Positions 7,007 to 9,160 of a stretch of DNA of 9,160 nt are shown one piece after another. The notes below the pieces were generated by a model that had not been told where the DNA came from, made no database searches, and saw only the letters and a program-made list of their open reading frames with translations. Source of the DNA: Zygnema circumcarinatum SAG 698-1b (lineage: Eukaryota > Plantae > Zygnematophyceae); NCBI GenBank assembly GCA_037447605.1, contig JBBHKD010000060.1, forward strand, positions 1 through 9,160, read 5' to 3'. The stretch's first letter is position 1, and the number at the start of each line of letters is the position of its first letter. Position numbers and translations under genes: made by a program.

Positions 7007-8494
7007 GATGCTGAATTCCTCTCCCTTCAGAAAAACAACACGTGGGACCTTGTCCCCCTCCCACCCGGTCGTCGCGCCATCGGCTCTAAATGGGTATTTA
7101 AAATCAAACAAAAATCCGACGGCTCGGTTGACCGCTATAAAGCCCGTTTTGTAGCCAAGGGGTTCTCTCAGCTTGAAGGCATCGACTTCACCGAAACTTA
7201 TGCCCCGGTGGCCAAATTCACCTCCATTCGCGTCCTCCTTGCTCTCTCCGCCACCCACGATTGGGAAATTCACCAGATGGATGTCAAAACACGCATTCCT
7301 CACAGGGACCTTCAAGAAGCGATCTTTATCGCCAACCCGGCGGGTATGTCGCCACACGGCACGAACACCTCTTTTGCCGCCTCAACAAATCCATCTCTGA
7401 CCTCCGGCAAGCACCCGCAGCGTCACGGAACCGCGCACGGATCTTGTCCTTCTTGGCCCGGCTTCCTGCGCGCTCGGCGCCCGATTTCAGCATCTATCTT
7501 ACGTGGCCACGGTAGATACTAACCATGCCTTGCGTTTCGTGATAACCTCATTATCTATGGTCCCTCCTTCCCCATTGGATGTCAAATAGCTCCTTCGCAG
7601 CCATTTTGACATAGCCGGATCTCGGCCGAACTGCAATGGTGTCTGGGATTCCGTCATTGAGATCAGGCTGCTTTCCGGACCCTTCACCTCGGTCCGAGGG
7701 AAAGTATGTTTTCCGTCCCTTGACCGTTTTGGGATGGCCGCTAGCAACCCCATCTCCACCCCCCTGGACGCCCACATTCACCTTACCTCCCTTGTGGCTG
7801 GCTCCCCCGACCCCACGGAGCATGCCACTTACCGATCCATCGTGGGATCCCTTATGTATGCAATGCTGTGTACCCGGCCCGACCTAGCTGCCGCCGTCGG
7901 GCAGCTAAGCCAATACCTTCACCGCCCCTCTTCTGCTCACTTCAGCGCTGCCAAGCGTGTCCTTCGTTACCTTCAGGGCACCAAGGCCCTGAGCCTTACC
8001 TTCTCCTCTGGCTCCCCCACCCTCGTTGGCTATTGTGACTCTGACTGGGGCAGTGACCCCGACACAAGGCGTTCGGTTACTGGCTCGTGTTTTTCTCTGG
8101 GCAGTGGCCTTATTTCATGGTCNNCTCNGANGCNGNNTACAGNGGCCACATNCTCCACTGAAGCAGAGTATNTGGCCGCCTCCACTGCTGCCAAAGAGGC
8201 TGTTTGGCTCCGATCCCTCCTCTCCAACCTCACCTTCCCTCCCCTCTCAGCGCTACCACCGTCTTCCGCGGACTCTCAAGGTGCCCTTGCCCTCATGCAA
8301 AACCCGTGCACCATCAGCGTACCAAACCATGCGACGGTGGAAGTTCTCACCCCGGCACCGGGACAAGATTGAAGGCGGCACCCTTACCTTCCTCTACTGT
8401 CCCTGCGGCAAACGGGCCGCCCGATTTTTCTTACCAAGGCCTTCACGTGGCGGCTTTTGAGCTTCACGCTCTTGCCGGACTCCGCGCACTTTGA
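7007..8494 (+). pseudogene. pol: Outer copia pol, 3' fragment: RT and RNase H, multiply frameshifted
   Basis: From 7007: DAEFLSLQKNNTWDLVPLPPGRRAIGSKWVFKIKQKSDGSVDRYKARFVAKGFSQLEGIDFTETYAPVAKFTSIRVLLALSATHDWEIHQMDVKT; then LFCRLNKSI..LRQAP; degraded YxDD (DNLII at 7541); YRSIVGSLMYAMLCTRPDL; RNase H GYCDSDWG (8028)...STEAEY...AKEAVWL...DSQGAL; TGA at 8492-8494. Confidence 0.93.
8123..8172. other. Low-quality sequence patch with 10 scattered single Ns
   Basis: The Ns substitute for bases without breaking the RNase H frame (W-S-S-x-x-x-x-T-x-A-T-x-S-T-E-A-E-Y). Confidence 0.9.
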
Positions 8495-8504
8495 ATGAGA
8501 GGAG
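8495..8504 (+). promoter_or_regulatory. Polypurine tract of outer element
   Basis: ATGAGAGGAG between the pol stop codon and TGTTGAG at 8505. Confidence 0.8.
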
Positions 8505-8792
8505 TGTTGAGAATCCGACATTCTCAGTTTTTGTCGTACTATTTTGTGTTTTCCCAGCCGCGTGTACCCGCCTGGCTGTCCTTTAACTTGTACTTTCACT
8601 GTTAGTTTAGTTGTGCCTTTCTAGCGTACGTGCTACACCCAACACACACGCCCATACTCAGGCTAGTTCCACACTCTTTTGTCGTGTAGCTCTAGCGCAA
8701 TGTATAAAACAGATTAGGACATTGTACTTTTTACCACGTTAATCACACATCTGTCTTTTGTGTCAACTCTCTGTCCTCACTTTGTCATTACA
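8505..8792 (+). repeat. Putative 3' LTR of outer element (about 288 bp); right end tentative
   Basis: Starts TGTTGAGAAT directly after the PPT; T-rich; TATAAAA at 8703-8709; best candidate end is ...CATTACA at 8792, where composition turns GC-rich. No 5' LTR is in the window for comparison. Confidence 0.62.
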
Positions 8793-9067
8793 ATGTCCAC
8801 TCCGTCTTCAATAGTTTCTGCGTGCTCCTGCCAGCACACTGAATGGGTGGTGACGAGGCCGTGAGCTCCCTGGCCCTGGCCTTGGCCAGGCAGGTGCGGC
8901 TCGCGACATGGCAGTTTCCGGTCGATGCGCGAAGCCTCCCTGAAGCGGGAAGCGGGCGATGCACCGCCAACTCTGCATGTCGTATGGGGGGAAGTTTCAG
9001 TAAGGTTGGGTCGCGAGGTGCAGCGAGGCCCAAAGAGCTTCGAATGCGTTGAGGCCTGGAAAGAAGT

Positions 9068-9072
9068 GAGAG

Positions 9073-9145
<73 letters not shown>
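9068..9145. repeat. (GA)n/(TC)n microsatellite
   Basis: Perfect (GA)35 at 9076-9145, plus GAGAGAG at 9068-9074 separated by one C. Confidence 0.98.
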
Positions 9146-9148
<3 letters not shown>

Positions 9149-9160
9149 ACTGTCAATAGC

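Larger units (their letters stand above)
1..8792 (+). mobile_element. Outer (host) Ty1/copia LTR retrotransposon, 3' part only, interrupted by the insertion at 761-7006; its 5' end lies upstream of the window
   Basis: Integrase C-terminal motifs at 3-125, Pro/Ser linker, RT N-terminus split at 760/7007, RT and RNase H at 7007-8494, PPT, then TG-initiated LTR at 8505. The IN-RT-RH order is diagnostic of copia. The right boundary is tentative. Confidence 0.93.

Noticed and set aside
6909-7154. Fusion of the 3' LTR Gag leader to the outer RT
   Set aside because: The LTR ATG (6945) is in a different frame from the outer RT (7007) and stops at 7154 with no RT residues.
4237-7357. Long antisense ORFs (4237-4863, 4682-4951, 6884-7357)
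   Set aside because: Shadow frames opposite the RT coding sequence, explained by codon bias.
8714-8727. TTAG(G)ACATTGTAC shared by the outer LTR and the inner LTR starts (783-795, 6042-6054)
   Set aside because: The match is short, at non-equivalent positions and without flanking similarity; it cannot be distinguished from chance.
8925-9156. ORFs with (ER)n and (SL)n tracts
   Set aside because: Translation artefacts of the (GA)n microsatellite.
1-9160. CRISPR arrays, tRNA or rRNA genes, prokaryotic systems
   Set aside because: There are no regularly spaced repeats or RNA gene signatures. The only tRNA-related sequence is the PBS, and nearly all bases are explained by the two retrotransposons.

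Overview
The window is almost entirely two nested Ty1/copia (Pseudoviridae) LTR retrotransposons, both on the + strand, from a GC-rich eukaryote. The PBS sequence suggests a green plant or green alga (inference). The inner element spans 761-7001 and is structurally complete: 5' LTR 761-1692, tRNA-iMet PBS, gag-PR-IN-RT-RNaseH, PPT, 3' LTR 6020-7001, and a perfect 5-bp TSD (CCGCT). It inserted at the start of the RT-coding region of a second, older copia element (1-760 plus 7007 to about 8792). Removing the insert and one TSD copy restores the outer pol frame exactly (LWKAAA|DAEFLSLQKNNTWDL). Both elements look defective, although many single-base frameshifts may be sequencing errors (N-gap at 4449-4458, scattered Ns at 8123-8172). 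The window ends with about 270 bp of unassigned sequence and a (GA)n microsatellite. The main oddity is that the two inner LTRs are far more divergent (roughly 70% identical by eye, with block-wise polarised G/A differences) than the perfect TSD and the largely stop-free coding regions predict. No cellular gene, RNA gene or CRISPR array is supported.
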